Shown: positions 1 to 12,752 of the stretch, piece by piece
Numbering within the stretch: position 1 is the first letter of the stretch
How the letters are laid out: each line of letters begins with the position of its first letter
Assembly: GCF_002113885.1 (NCBI RefSeq)
Contig: NW_018480020.1
Span: forward strand, 222,163-286,162
DNA: 64,000 bases
Direction of reading: 5' to 3'
Origin: Mizuhopecten yessoensis
Taxonomy: Eukaryota
Position numbers and translations under genes: made by a program
The notes under the pieces: generated by a model
What the model saw: only the letters and a program-made list of their open reading frames with translations
What the model was told of the DNA's origin: nothing
Databases searched by the model: none

Positions 1-343
1 GTTACAACACAGCTTTGGTTAAATATAGACAAGTCTCACCCCAACAGTTACAACACAGCTTTGGTTAATATAGACAAATCTCACCCCAACAATTACAACA
101 CTGCTATGGGTAAATATAGATAAATCTCACTCCAACAGTTACAACACAGCTATGGGTAAATATAGACAAATCTCATCCAAGCAGGTACAACACTGCTATA
201 GGTAAATATAGACAAATCTCATTCCAACAGTTACAACACAGCTATGGGTAAATATAGACAAATCTCACCCCAACAGTTACAACACCGCTATGGGTAAATA
301 TAGACAAATCTCATCCAAGCAGGTACAACACTGCTATGGGTAA
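1..343. repeat. Tandem minisatellite, ~46-bp unit (GTTACAACACAGCTATGGGTAAATATAGACAAATCTCACCCCAACA), ~7.5 copies, probably in the last RNGTT intron; runs off window start
   Basis: Unit recurs directly (starts at 1, 47, ~92, ~138...). Confidence 0.9.
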
Positions 344-947
344 GAAGGGAAAAGTGCAACTCAGCTACTGGTTGATAAGTTTAAATCTATGTACTTCAGT
401 AGAGATAAATCCACACACGACAGTTAAGTTGAGAATTTTACAACTCAACTGTGGGTAAATAATTTCAAGGTTGATGATTGTCGAAATACTGTATGTAATA
501 CTAGATATGCTCTTTACTCACATTAACGGTCATCATGAACTTGCCTTCATTATGACTGCCCACTTAGTGAGTAGGGTATATATAGTAATCACTTTGTTGG
601 AGCATCTGTCCGGGTGTTTGTCCATGCATTTTTAACGTGTAACAGTAGCATGTTAAATACTTATACATTTTAAAATGATGATGATGAAATTGCATTCATA
701 GCTTTATGAATGCGTTTTTTTCTGATAATGCTTATAGAAGTACATGTAATGGAAATGTGAATATCTAAGTTTGTTAGGAGAAACTGTTCTGATCTCGGAT
801 CAGTTGTAATGTCTTAAAAGAAACAAGTTTTAAAAGAAATGAAAGTAATATTCAGAAATGGAATAACTAATCCAGGCAGAAATAGAATAACTGATCAGCC
901 TGGTGCCTTTGATTATTATCAATAGAAAAATATCTTTGTATTTCCAG

Positions 948-1144
948 GAGTTTGGCAGAGTATACAGAAACCAGTGACAAAAGACATTTTATTCAGTGCT
1001 GTCGAAAACTTACCTAGTCATTTGACTAAACCAGAGCAAGTGAGAACACGGCCCCCGGGGCCGGAGAATACGGGTGAGGGAAGCGACAGAGACCTTATGC
1101 CACCTCCCTTCAAACAATCCAGACAGGATGAGACTGGTACATGA
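948..1144 (+). CDS. RNGTT: Terminal coding exon of mRNA-capping enzyme (guanylyltransferase C-terminus)
   Basis: Acceptor tttccAG at 946-947; phase-1 exon translating xVWQSIQKPVTKDILFSAVENLPSHL...DRDLMPPPFKQSRQDETGT* (TGA 1142-1144). Matches my recollection of the vertebrate RNGTT C-terminus (VCNSISNPVTKEMLF...DTELMPPP). Not in ORF track because there is no start codon. Confidence 0.75.
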
Positions 1145-2022
1145 AAGTGCTTCTCATTGATGTGTCATATTTAAAAAACAATGCATCAGACTTTGATGAA
1201 GTTTAATAAGGATGCCTGTCATGCGTCAGAAGATGAATGCGTGACGCTTCCATACTGAGACATGTTGTGAAACTCATGTGTTGCTAAAATGATCTCTATA
1301 CAAAAGGAAAAACCCTCGCTGTATAAAAGATATCCGGAATATGATATTATAATATTTTGTTTTGTCATTTCTAAGATAAATGATAAAAGACAGGTTTTTC
1401 CTAACTGACCCAGTAAGTCAGAGATGGGTGGTGGGTACTGACAGCCATTACAGGTCTCTAATACTTGCCATTGACAACAAACTTATTGCAATTCAAAGAA
1501 GGGACATCATGGATTGATTCCCAAGACAACCATGTCAAAATATACCATAAATGTTTCAAGTCGTTTAGCACAGAAAATGCCATAGATGTTGTTTCAAAAC
1601 AGTCCGTATAAAAATCACCATGAATGATGTTTAAGGATGGTCATCACAAAAATAAAAATCCCAAATCACAAGGTTTTCAATTGTTTGGATGATGCAAACT
1701 TTTGCAGTCTGATTTAAAACCCAGTAAGTTAAGTAGCACACTTATTTGTACATGATACAAATTCTTGTCTTCAGACTAGAAAATTTTCAATAATGTTTCT
1801 TGTGATACAAAGCTTAATTGATGGTCTTTTAAGATGGACAACATAGTTTCCCAAAAACTGAGAAAGAAAGAATCTCGTTTTAAAAGCAGGACCGATCATA
1901 ACCCCAGGTGGATTATTCTTATCCATAATTACCAGCCCAGGAGGTGTTACTGTAATGTTGAATGTTTACCAACACGGCATACTTTGTATTTGCAACTGAG
2001 GGTACTTGAATGTGTGTTTACC

Positions 2023-2134
2023 TACTGATCAGGATCATTTGAGTGCTTACATACTGATCAGGATCATCTGAGTGCTTACATACTGATCAGGATCATTTGA
2101 GTGCTAACATACTGATCAGGATCATCTGAGTGCT
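2023..2134. repeat. 29-bp tandem repeat x4 (TACTGATCAGGATCATYTGAGTGCTTACA)
   Basis: Direct repetition at 2023, 2052, 2081, 2110. Confidence 0.9.
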
Positions 2135-2148
2135 TTTCCCAAACCACT

Positions 2149-2928
2149 GGGTACATTCGCGTTACCGGTTGAAACGGTTGAACCTGTAAAGAAAACGACA
2201 GGTACAGATCTTGACCGAGGCTGACCTCAGGAAAATTTGGCACGTTTAGATTGAGGGGTCCAGACATGCCTGACCGAAACTAAAATGCTGACTATTGCCA
2301 ATTTGCGTTATTTCTTTCTAAAACAATGTCAAGTCACATGTAGTTTTTAAGTTACGTTATGTAATTCAGTGGACGGATGAAAGAAGGTCATAATATTCTT
2401 GAAACACTGTTTTTTATTCTCCAAAACTGTGGATTTGTAGCTCTGCTTATAGAACGGTCCAAGTGTGTTCGTTTATCGTGGAAAATTTCTGCGCCACACG
2501 TACCGTTTCAACCGGGATACGCGAATGTAGCCTTAGTGTACATTCGCGTTACCGGTTGAAACGGTTGAACCGGTTGAACCTGTAAAGAAAACGACATGTA
2601 CAGATCTGGACCGAGGCTGACCTCAGGAAAATTTGGCACGTTTAGATTGAGGGGTCCAGACGCGCCTGACCGAAACTAAAATGCTGACTATTGCCAATTT
2701 GCGTTATTTCTTTCTAAAACAATGTCAAGTCACATGTAGTTTTTAAGTTACGTTATGTAATTCAGTGGACGGATGAAAGAAGGTCATAATATTCTTGAAA
2801 CACTGTTTTTTATTCTCCGAAACTGTGGATTTTTAGCTCTGCTTATAGAACGGTCCAAGTGTGTTCGTTTATCGTGGAAAATTTCTGCGCCACACGTACC
2901 GTTTCAACCGGGATACGCGAATGTAGCC
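2149..2928. mobile_element. Two tandem copies (~385-395 bp) of a MITE with ~30-bp TIRs (PIF/Harbinger-like)
   Basis: Left end GGGTACATTCGCGTTACCGGTTGAAACGGT and right end ACCGTTTCAACCGGGATACGCGAATGTAGCC are inverted repeats. Copies are separated by TTA and differ by a few substitutions and a 9-bp indel. Confidence 0.7.
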
Positions 2929-3185
2929 NTACCCCTCCCCTCTTTTACCTTGGATGATATAAACTGCTCATTTGTATTTGATATGTTTTCCTTTTAAAGG
3001 AACATTTATTTATAATCACCTGGAGGTAAATACATATCATCTTGTTCTTAAAGGAGTATTAAATATTCATAAACACCTATGATCATATTCCTCTCCTGAT
3101 AAATTCTGGGTTTATTACACATGTACCTTTAAATATAAAACAGGTAAGGTTATATATAATTATGACATTGTCTCTTGGTCTTCCT

Positions 3186-3285
3186 GGTGTAACAGGAAGG
3201 AAAATGCACAGCCAGACCAGGATTTGAACCTTGAACCTCTTAACTCTTAGACAGATGCTCTTACCAATTAGCTACCTGGTCGCAG
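3186..3285 (-). mobile_element. tRNA-derived SINE head; related degenerate copies near 13560-13670 (-) and 42275-42370 (+)
   Basis: Minus strand reads ...GGTAGCTAATTGGTAAGAGC (A-box-like)...GGTTCAAATCCTGG (B-box-like); no intact cloverleaf. Confidence 0.55.
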
Positions 3286-3415
3286 GTGATCGACCCTGTC
3301 CAGTTCCACTACGCTGACATAGGATCCTTTTACGGTAGCCGTTTTGTACATAGCATGTGTCTGGGAGCTAGTACCCCTCATTGTTCAAACCCCTGGTATT
3401 GCAAGGAACTCTTAA

Positions 3416-3498
3416 CCCTTTCACCACTGTAGACCATAATGGACTCTTCCAGATTAATGCATGGTAGAGTTCACTCAAGTTACATGGGAATGAAAGGG
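3416..3498. mobile_element. ~83-bp piggyBac-type MITE with TTAA TSD; further copies 13001-13095 (inverted), 30997-31075, 46646-46728
   Basis: TTAA|CCCTTTCA...TGAAAGGG|TTAA; shared internal sequence CCACTGTAGACCATAATGGA...ATGCATGG in all copies. Confidence 0.8.
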
Positions 3499-4879
3499 TT
3501 AAGCAAATTTGTAACAGTACCGGTATACTGTTACATCAATGCACATTAATTTATTATAAAATGTCACTTTTTGTTCTTCTTAATAACGTATAATAGCATC
3601 AAGGATTATGTTCACTGAATCTTTTAACAGATCCAGGGTAATGTTCAGCAAAGAGATGAAATTATATCCTAATCAGATGGGAAGGAAGTGTGTTATCATG
3701 GCAAGACTTTGGTTATATAGAAAAGTGTGTTAATAAATGTATCATGTTAATGTCTTAAGGTTCCCTGTACCAATGCCAAAATTTGTAAATATGCATTGGA
3801 AACTTTATCAAAATCATTTCTGGAAAGAAAATCCTAAAACCATATCTAGAAGGACTTTGATGACAAAATAAGATAAAATAAAAAATAAAATAAAAAAATA
3901 ACAACAGTGTTGATTGCGTAAAAAATTAGTTGGGCTAAACCAGGACCCGTATTCATAAAACCCTTCTCATGCTCAAGCATTGAGTTTGTGCTCAAACCAA
4001 CTTTCTTGTAACTCGCTTAAATCTTGTCAAACGGTCAAAAAGTCAAATGTAAACATTGAAAACAGATTTTGGCTTTAATTCCATACTTGAGCATGGAATA
4101 CGGGCTCCCCAGATCAATATATCCAAAACGAAATTAAAGGGAGGTTACTGTGTACAGGAAAATCCCCACCAGTTGGATAGGGATTCATAGCTATCATTGA
4201 TTGTAGATATAAACCAATCAATGTTTTGAGAATTTGTCTATTTATTGGAGACAAGTGGCGTTGAATTTTTTTTTTCAACATCAAAACAATAAATAAACAA
4301 GTTTAGATTTGTGCCAGTGTGTTGTGTCATCTTTCATATTTGTACATATAAGTTGAAATGGAATAAGATCATTCATTAACTTATTTTCGGATTGATGGAC
4401 TAAATCATGTCATTCTTTAACCATTTTTTTATGTCAATATATATACATAAAAAAAAAAAGTATTTCTCTCATTCCATCTACCAGAATAAGCTCAGAAACC
4501 ATGAAAATGTGTTTGGACTGGCTACATTTTTTTTAAATATCAATTTTCCCCTGAGCTTTTTAGACGAAAGCCAATCTGTTGGCCAGATTTAACATGCCAG
4601 GAAAATAAATCGTATCTTTCTAATGGAGTGTAGATAGAAAGTTTCTACAACCTCTTCTTACCCTGGATAGCTCTATCTTACACGCATGGAAATGAGAGAG
4701 AAACATAATCCTATATATATGTTAAATCATCAGTGAATTGTTCATCAAAATGATCCTCAAAGTGATCTCGGAGTTGTGAGTATATATACGTGATGTCAAT
4801 GATATATTAAGGCGACAGATGCTAAGAACAATGCACCTGACCATCTCTGAACTATGGAACATTATTTCAACTTTAAGCA

Positions 4880-5571
4880 CATCCTCGATATCCAGGGATA
4901 ACGCTCACTTTCCTCTCTGCACGCCACCCCTGGAATATGCCATAGCAAAATCAAAGCTCAGTGAGCAAATTGGCGACGAATTTCATTATCTGTTTACATG
5001 TACACATCAACCAATTCTCAATAGTAGGCGAAAACATATGTCCAGATATTATTATGAAAGACCAAACAATTATAAATATCATACATTATTCAATTATGTA
5101 ACACAACATGAATTGACATCATTGGGTAAATTTATTACCGATATTAATGACATAACTAATTCACAATACTAATTTCCATCCTGTATTATTGTCACCCATT
5201 TGTATATATGTATTCTCTACACTGCAGCACATTGTGAATGAGACAAGAAGACTAGTTTGATCCTTTGATGAACATCAAAAGAATCTCGCGGTCGCGTAAC
5301 GATATAACTGTCTGGCTTTGAAGTCGGGTGTCGCTCCTCTATAATCTTCAAAGAATAAGCATCCGCCTAGTGATTTGTCAGGATTTTTTTTACCTGACAC
5401 CGATCAAATAGCTAGCCGCGTGCCTTCAATTTTGCTATGACATACTCCAGGGGTGGAGAGAGCGAAAGTGAGCGTAACCCCTAGATATCGAGGATGTCGT
5501 AGCCCCTGGATATCGAGGATGTCGTAACCCCTGGATATCGAGGATGTCGTAACCCCTGGATATCGAGGATG
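4880..5571. mobile_element. CATCCTCGA-TIR MITE (~355-bp family, 9-bp TSD, Mutator-like) carrying a LINE fragment and a 4x amplified terminus
   Basis: TIR CATCCTCGATATCCAGGG... / ...CCCTGGATATCGAGGATG; flanks CTTTAAGCA (4871-4879) and CATTAAGCA (5572-5580), 8/9 match. Confidence 0.8.
4963..5222 (+). pseudogene. 5'-truncated non-LTR retrotransposon (LINE) 3' end inserted in the MITE
   Basis: Translation IGDEFHYLFTC...RRKHMSRYYYERPNNYKYHTLF resembles the EDEFHFLLxC C-terminal region of invertebrate LINE ORF2. The MITE consensus GCTCAGTG|TGCGCCACCTTG is interrupted at this point. Confidence 0.65.
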
Positions 5572-6107
5572 CATTAAGCAAAGAATATAATCCAAGTACA
5601 AAATCATCAAAAAAAACGAAAAACTATCGAATCAAGAAAAAAATATTGAATAAAAAGTAAATAAAGTAAGAGTCGAAAGATAACATATTAATACCTCTGT
5701 AACATGACGTGAAAAAAATGGCTTGTCATAGTATACGTCTTCATGATTCTGGGACAATTATAGGTCTACCGAAGAGTTTTCCATATTTAGGACCGAGACA
5801 TATGGTATTCTATTTAAAAACTTTTGTGTGACATTTGACAATAACATTTCTATTACTTCTGACTCATGGAGTCAGCATAATGGAAACGATTAAAAACACA
5901 TACTCAATGTAGAAATTACTCGGATATTTAAGGAGTATTGCAAACGTGTTCTTTTGCAAACACGAATATTTGTACGACTTGCGTGCAAAATCTTTATTTC
6001 AAATCATCTAGGCATTCGCTGCCCCAAGGATGTAATATTTATTGAAGATAAGATGTCTGACAGAAGCCAAGTAGACTCCAAAATGGGATAACTACTGCTC
6101 TATCTTA

Positions 6108-6365
6108 GCCCATATTCGTTAAACTATTATCATGCTCAATCACGGATTCTGTGCTCAAACTATCTTTCTTGTAAATCGTAAAAAAAATCAAGAAGTTAAA
6201 TGTGAACATTAAAGATAGAATTCGGATTTAAGTATTTCTTTCTAAACAATCTTCACAATCATTGACAAAATGTGGAGTTTCATTCATTTATCACTGGAAC
6301 AAGACATTGAGTTTGAGCACAGAGTCTGCGTTTGAGCATGAGAACGGTTTCATAAATACCGATGC
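6108..6365. mobile_element. MITE with long imperfect TIRs; partial related copy 3945-4110
   Basis: CATGCTCAATCACGGATTCTGTGCTCAAACT ... AGTTTGAGCACAGAGTCTGCGTTTGAGCATG inverted pair; similar sequence at ~3950-4080. Confidence 0.55.
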
Positions 6366-7547
6366 AGCTGATTATGTGCAGCGCAGACACAGAGACCAAC
6401 TAGGGGAGGGGTCATATGAAGCCCAGAAACCCCTCTTAATCCGCCTCTGGTGTAGATAAAAGTACAGTTGACAAGGTATACGTTCTGGAAGAGTCCAAAC
6501 GTTCGATGAGGATGTTGAGAGAGCAACTTGATTTTAATAAGAGTCTTTCAGAAAGGAATAACTCTGTAAAAGATAGCTACTGGAGTTGTAAGTAGACACC
6601 CTGAGGTCACAAATCGAAAGCCCGAAAAGCTGGGAAGTTTTTGGGAGAGGACTCCCAATACAACTGTCGTCCATAAACCTGAGAAAATGATAACTTAGGC
6701 CTGAATCTTACTACTTGGCAATTGTAATACAGAAATGGCTTTGAAGGGAAACTATTTCCAATGGTCACTTAATTTAAAGAAAATAAAGACACTTTTGTAA
6801 AGTTGAGTTTCTATAACGCGATAGCTTTGCTCCACATTGTCTACACAGCTGGAATAGGTTACGTTTTTAAGTTCCTTAAACGAGTTTGAGTACTTATTGT
6901 TTTTGCTTCGTTTCTTCTTCTTCTTCTTCTTCGTCTTCCATAAAATGATTTCAGGATGTTTCCTCAGAGACTTCTTTAATTATTTTTTGGATACTAATGC
7001 AACTTCATGTTAGCACCCTGATTGATTGACACGTTTATGGACTCGAATGTACACCAAGGTGATGACAACGACCCCTCTCTCTCAAAATTTGTATGTATTC
7101 TTTAAAAGTGCATTATGACTAGTGGCATTGCAATCTCTTTCCGATGCACCATTGGCGAATGCGGGGTCAGTTTGGGGGACTCGTCCCAGTCACACTGAGG
7201 ACCTGTAATGTGCCTTTGTTTGCCGCCGGACTGTGATTTTTTGATAATTTTGATACTGAGAATAGAATAAAATCTTTAATAAATAAACTAATTAATAGAT
7301 AAATAATTAAATTCAGAAAATTTGATGGTACATGTACATTTGAGTGAAATGTAATAAGATATGTATCATAAAAGTGATCCAATATTTTTAGAGAAATAAC
7401 TATACATTCTTTATCAGAACTTATGTATGCCTCTTTTTATTTGATCAATCTTTTTATTTTTCAAATTGTTAATGATTATTTTCAATTCTATTCAAAAATA
7501 AGTAGTCCTAGTAAAGTGAGGTAATGCTTATATAATCCCCTTCATTC

Positions 7548-7724
7548 AGTTTCACATGTCTGAGATTGTGAACGCAGTTTCACATGTCTGAGATTGTGAA
7601 CGTAGTTTCACATGAGATTGTGAACGTAGTTTCACATGTCTGAGATTGTGAACGTAGTTTCACATTTCTGAGATTGTGAACGTAGTTTCACATGTCTGAG
7701 ATTGTGAACGCAGTTTCACATGTC
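7548..7724. repeat. 28-bp tandem repeat, ~6.5 copies (AGTTTCACATGTCTGAGATTGTGAACGY)
   Basis: Direct repetition; one unit has a 4-bp deletion. Confidence 0.9.
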
Positions 7725-8413
7725 CGGTCCCAGTCAGTCGCTGTCGTATATATACACCGTGTATGACTGACACCGGATATAGATAGTAACGAAGCGGGCA
7801 TGGACGCTAAGCGCAGACAAGCCACGGGATGTTTTCCGATATGTCTGGTATTTTCGGGTAGCGTAGAGACAAATAAAGGAGCACAACAGTTATACAATGA
7901 ACAATGATGTATGTGATGCAGATGATTTCTAAACTATTTCGTGCGATCTGAAGATATTAATAAAAAAAAAATGACGACAAAGTACCGATAAAAATCATTT
8001 ACAAAGAAAGAAGAAGAGATAGCTATTAAAGTATGACATATACGATGATGAAACGGACGTTACTGGCATATGTAGATGAGACCGGGATAACCTTTTAATG
8101 GTCATATGTCTAAATGTAGTCATTACGATGTAATTGACTGAAATGGTTTTTTGTCTGTGTACGGCGAATTGTAGTTGATACATTTTCAAGTGTACGGCGA
8201 CTAGCATGTTAACAGTACGGCGAATAGCTATATACTAACATAACCATGTTTAGAGCGAGCATTTGTACCATTGGAGTAACATACCAATCATGTTGCTTTG
8301 TAACACTTTTGAATGATATCGTAAAGGGAGGGGGTTAAGAATGTCGAAAGTCTAATGAATGTCGAGTTAAATAATGATAAGGAGTACCCATTTTTCACAT
8401 GCTATAACACAAC

Positions 8414-8577
8414 CTAAGCTGTGACCATGACAATACCGGTGGATAGTTGAAACTTAAGCTGTGACCTTAACAATAGCGGTGTACAGTTAGAACTTTACCT
8501 GTGACCATGGCAATAGCAATGGAGTGTTGGAACTTTAGCTGTGACCTTGACAATACCGGTGGAGAGTTGGAACTAAG
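8414..8577. repeat. ~40-bp degenerate tandem repeat x4
   Basis: CTGTGACCWTRRCAATASCGGTGGA...GTTRGAACT recurs at ~40-bp spacing. Confidence 0.8.
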
Positions 8578-9526
8578 GCAGAAGTGACATACTCTTTCCC
8601 TGTCATAACCTGAATATACAAGGGGGAAGGGTTACACAAGATATGTTAAGGGTGATGTAGAGAAATCTGCACTAATACCTAGATTTGCAAAGAAATACAC
8701 GATAGTTAAGTTGACATATCCTCAATTTATTCACAGTTATCTGTAAACAGCATGTGGTAAAGGCAATACAGACGGCTGAAAGTGTAAAATATGTATACCT
8801 TTAACAGGCAATGGGAAAAGTCTGTTTCATTCCTACTCAAGTTTTCAAAGTCTATCCTAACTTTATTTTCATCAACTTTAAATAGGCACTTTTAAATTAT
8901 GGTTTGAAACTTTGTTTTATAATTGGTACTTAAACAAAACATTTTGCAACCCTAATATTTTGAGAGCTGAAAAACAGACACACAAGTATCATTTTGGCCT
9001 ATCCTTTTCATCTTCAGATCTTTTTCAAATCTCACTGCAATCTCATGTCTTAGTTTATTATTGTTATTTTCATCGTGCAGGCGCGTAGCTTTCTAGCTAT
9101 ATGCAAATGAGTACACATAATTTTGATGAGTAAAAACATATTTAATATACGTGTATTTCAAACCTTTCGTGCGTAAGTAAAGTAAAATTTAAAAAAAATC
9201 GCAATAAATACGTTTCCTTACTTTTTTTTGCCAAAATTAAAATCAGATACATAAATTACGTCTACTTAAATCTAATCGCCAAATTTCCACAAAACACGGG
9301 AATTTGATCCAGAGACCTTGAATTCAAAAACTTTCCTTTGGGAGGCCAACCCCCAGCTGGGCCTCGCACCCCCCACTACTTGCGCTACACTTATCATAAA
9401 AGCAATTAAGCAATTAACTTGAAACCATAGTTTCTCTCACCTGTGTTAAACACCTGACAATCAAACTATATTGATACATTGGAAAGTACCCTACCTGGAC
9501 GGCAATACAATATACCCCCCACCCCC

Positions 9527-9592
9527 NNNNNNNNNNNNNNNNNNNNNNNNNNNNNNNNNNNNNNNNNNNNNNNNNNNNNNNNNNNNNNNNNN
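9527..9592. other. Assembly gap (N run)
   Basis: 66 N bases. Confidence 1.
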
Positions 9593-12285
9593 GATTTTAA
9601 AGAGAACTGAAATACAAGCATTTCTTATATGATACCAGAGACGTATAAATACTAACAATACGTACTCGGTACGATAACTAGTTTCATTATTTATATAACC
9701 AACCTTTTTTTGAGAAGGAAATTAACGCGGGAAATTAACCTGGTAAGAATTGCAACGGTCACTGGTCTACGATCAGAGTTGTACGATGTCTATATAAAGA
9801 TCTAATTGTCCGTAACATAATTTAAAAAAAGAGTTTATGAAATATTCTAGAGATCGTTTTTCACTACTTTCTTTATTTAAAAAGTGGTCACTCACTTCTC
9901 TGGAAATGGTACACATATAGTTGAATTCTCGTTACTTTTAGAGGAATAGAAAATTTCACATACATCTGATTACCAGAAAGTAAAAATAGAATGTAGAACA
10001 ACTTGGAACTCTTCTTCGTTTGAGAAATAACACAGTTTTCTTAGACTCTCTGCCTTAAGTTCATTTTTGTTTTCACTCCATTCTCTTATCGTTGATAGTT
10101 AGCAACTTAGATTCGGGAAATCTTACTGAAGCGACGAATTTCAATTTTGTGATATATGTTCGATCTTGTTTACCCGGGGTTTTTTTGTTTCCTGAAAAAT
10201 ACGTTAGAAATTATCTTATTTATTATAATACATATCTTTTGTAATAGTCGAAATGAAATAAATGCTGGTTATCACTTTTGTTGAGCAAGTTTTCGAAAGT
10301 AGTTTCCTTATTATTTTCCATTTGTATTCGTAATTGTATATGTATCATTATTCTTAAACGGAAGAAATGAAGTTTATAGCATTTGGTTTGGAACGCTGCA
10401 TTGAAAGAGACGTGAGATCAACAGATAGATGCAGATTTGTCTACGGAATATACGGCGGCTGCATTTTATATTATTATAAACGTTTTTGTGTGAAATGACA
10501 TTCGTTCGAATTTTATTAAGTATTGATAATACATAGTTTTAACACATATCAGGATCATTTTGACACTATACCAACGTATGAAAATGGATCACAACGTTAG
10601 TTTGAATTTATATAAACATCGACCGATTCTGTGGATCAAATCTTAGGACCGGCATGCGATCGATTTTTTTCTTCAAAAAGTATTATACATAGAAACAACA
10701 TATATTTGTTAAAAGTCCGAAAATATGACAAAAACGGAAATATTCTTGTAGGAATATGAGCTCGTCTTACGATGATACTGTGTATATACATGTATATATA
10801 TATCATTTATACATGACCATCCGTGAAGGAATACGGTATATTAGACGAATTTAAATTGAACCTAACAGTGTCAAAGGGAGCATAATTAAAGAAATGCAAT
10901 ACAGTTAACTTTCAAAACGTAGTTGGTTTAAAACTTCTAAATTATATTCATATTTAATTCTGATTTTGTTTTATATATAATTTTGTATTGCAATAGTTAC
11001 ACGTGAAATCATACGAACACTTGTTGTCTCCGACAGATACACACGGAATAAAATAATATTAGGTAACATGAAATTAGCGAGGTCCATGTTACAGGTAGGA
11101 GAAACCATATTAAACATTTATTTAAAGTGTTGACTTGTAAGGACCAATATTTTCATTCTGTTCATAATTTAATACAACCGTCTTTTTATTTTTCATTTCT
11201 ACAAACACAAATAAAAATACGAAAATTTGGGGAATTGAGTGGGCAGTACCTCGACGATACACACCATCTAATCAGTCGCATGATGCGGTGTATTGCGTAA
11301 GCTCCGCCCATTATGACAGGATGGGTAACTGTGCTGAGATGTGATTGACGTTTCAGACCAACCAATAATTTTGGGTGATATCACAGTGCAGGGACCGTCG
11401 GCTTGTCCGCCTCGGTAGATTTTTCAATAAACTTATGTTGATCAGTAAACTGTGATAACATTATATACAATGTATACCAAACGGAGACACTAATAATGAT
11501 GTGTTAATTAACGTACCGGTCCTTTTCAATTATAATCTGGATTGTTTAAAGGGGAAATCGTGTAATCTAGTCAAATTAACGGACACTTGCACATCGTAAA
11601 TGTTGCCCCAATATACGTCACGTTACAAGGCAATGCTACTTTATATTTAGCATACATGGGTAATTTAAAATAGTTCTCGTGGAACTCGTTTCTTTTTAAA
11701 TATCCACTACAAGACGGATTTTCCCCCTTGTATGTTATGGCGTTTTGGGAAGTTCAAGTAGCGCTTTCTGTTCGGTGTGCCGATTGTAACTGTGCATCTG
11801 TGGTACCGTAGACAGGGCCAGCAGCGGCCACAGCAGACACATAAATGGCCCAAAGTTGGAACAGAACTTGAACTAGTAATATACTGTATTTTCTCTGTCC
11901 AGACTTAATCCCCATCACCCATGAACGCAGGATAGTCACGGAGGGCTTATCAATGTAAAGCCGGCGGATATACCTTGATATAGCCGGCGTTTCTTCCGCG
12001 ATCATCCCGCGGCTACGAGCGACAGGGATTAAAATTTGTCGCTCGGCGGGCGACTGAGTACCAAATCACCTGACGCGTGCTGTGCATGCCTCCTGTTTCA
12101 GATATGAATTACGTCTATGCTTGACTGTCGTGCTTATCTATTTGTCTCTACACTACCATAAAATACAAGAAATATCGGAAAAAATCGGTACTAGCTATAT
12201 CCGGTGTCAGTCCTACACAGTGATATAGTAGTGTGCAGCCTAAAACATGTATCGCATTCTGTGAAGAGTAGCCTCCCTTGACAAT

Positions 12286-12752
12286 TCTTAGCGCCAACGG
12301 TTGAATGTCCCGGCTGATTGCGATGTTGTGATTATCGAAGGAGTTAGGCTACTGGGACTGTATGTGGTCGGATATTTATGCCACGTTGGCCGAAGCGTAC
12401 TTGATAGTGTATAACATATTATTTTATGGTAATACCACGCCACGGCTTTGTGTAATTGACATGATGACATTTGTTGCAAAGCAATTGATCACCACCTTAC
12501 CACTGTCAGTTGTTGTGTTTTGAAAATATTGTATGACTTGTTTTGTCACAGTTGCAGTTTAATTTCTGTGTAGTATACGTAAGCAAGAATTTTAATCAGT
12601 GTGCTTGGCAAAGCAACACATGAATTTGAGCTAGCTTCGATTAGATGAAGGTGTTGACTGTTGGTAGTGGGGAGCTCGAGGTCACTCGCCTCATATAAAT
12701 TTGAAGTTTGACGCAAATGCATGAAGTTTTAGTCTGTCAGTTTGATTGGTTT
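12286..12752 (+). promoter_or_regulatory. Candidate cell-cycle-type promoter region for shugoshin (E2F-like GCGCCAA, CHR TTTGAA, inverted CCAAT)
   Basis: TTAGCGCCAA ~12288, TTTGAA ~12520 and ~12700, TGATTGG ~12743, all ~2.2-2.6 kb upstream of the first coding exon, whose acceptor at 14916 implies an upstream non-coding exon. Short motifs, so weak. Confidence 0.25.

Noticed and set aside
2377-2997. Duplicated small ORFs MKEGHNILETLFF...
   Set aside because: They lie inside the duplicated MITE; no coding evidence.
6455-6790. Possible coding exon or coiled-coil ORF remnant
   Set aside because: Multiple stops in the best frame and no recognisable motif or linked exons.
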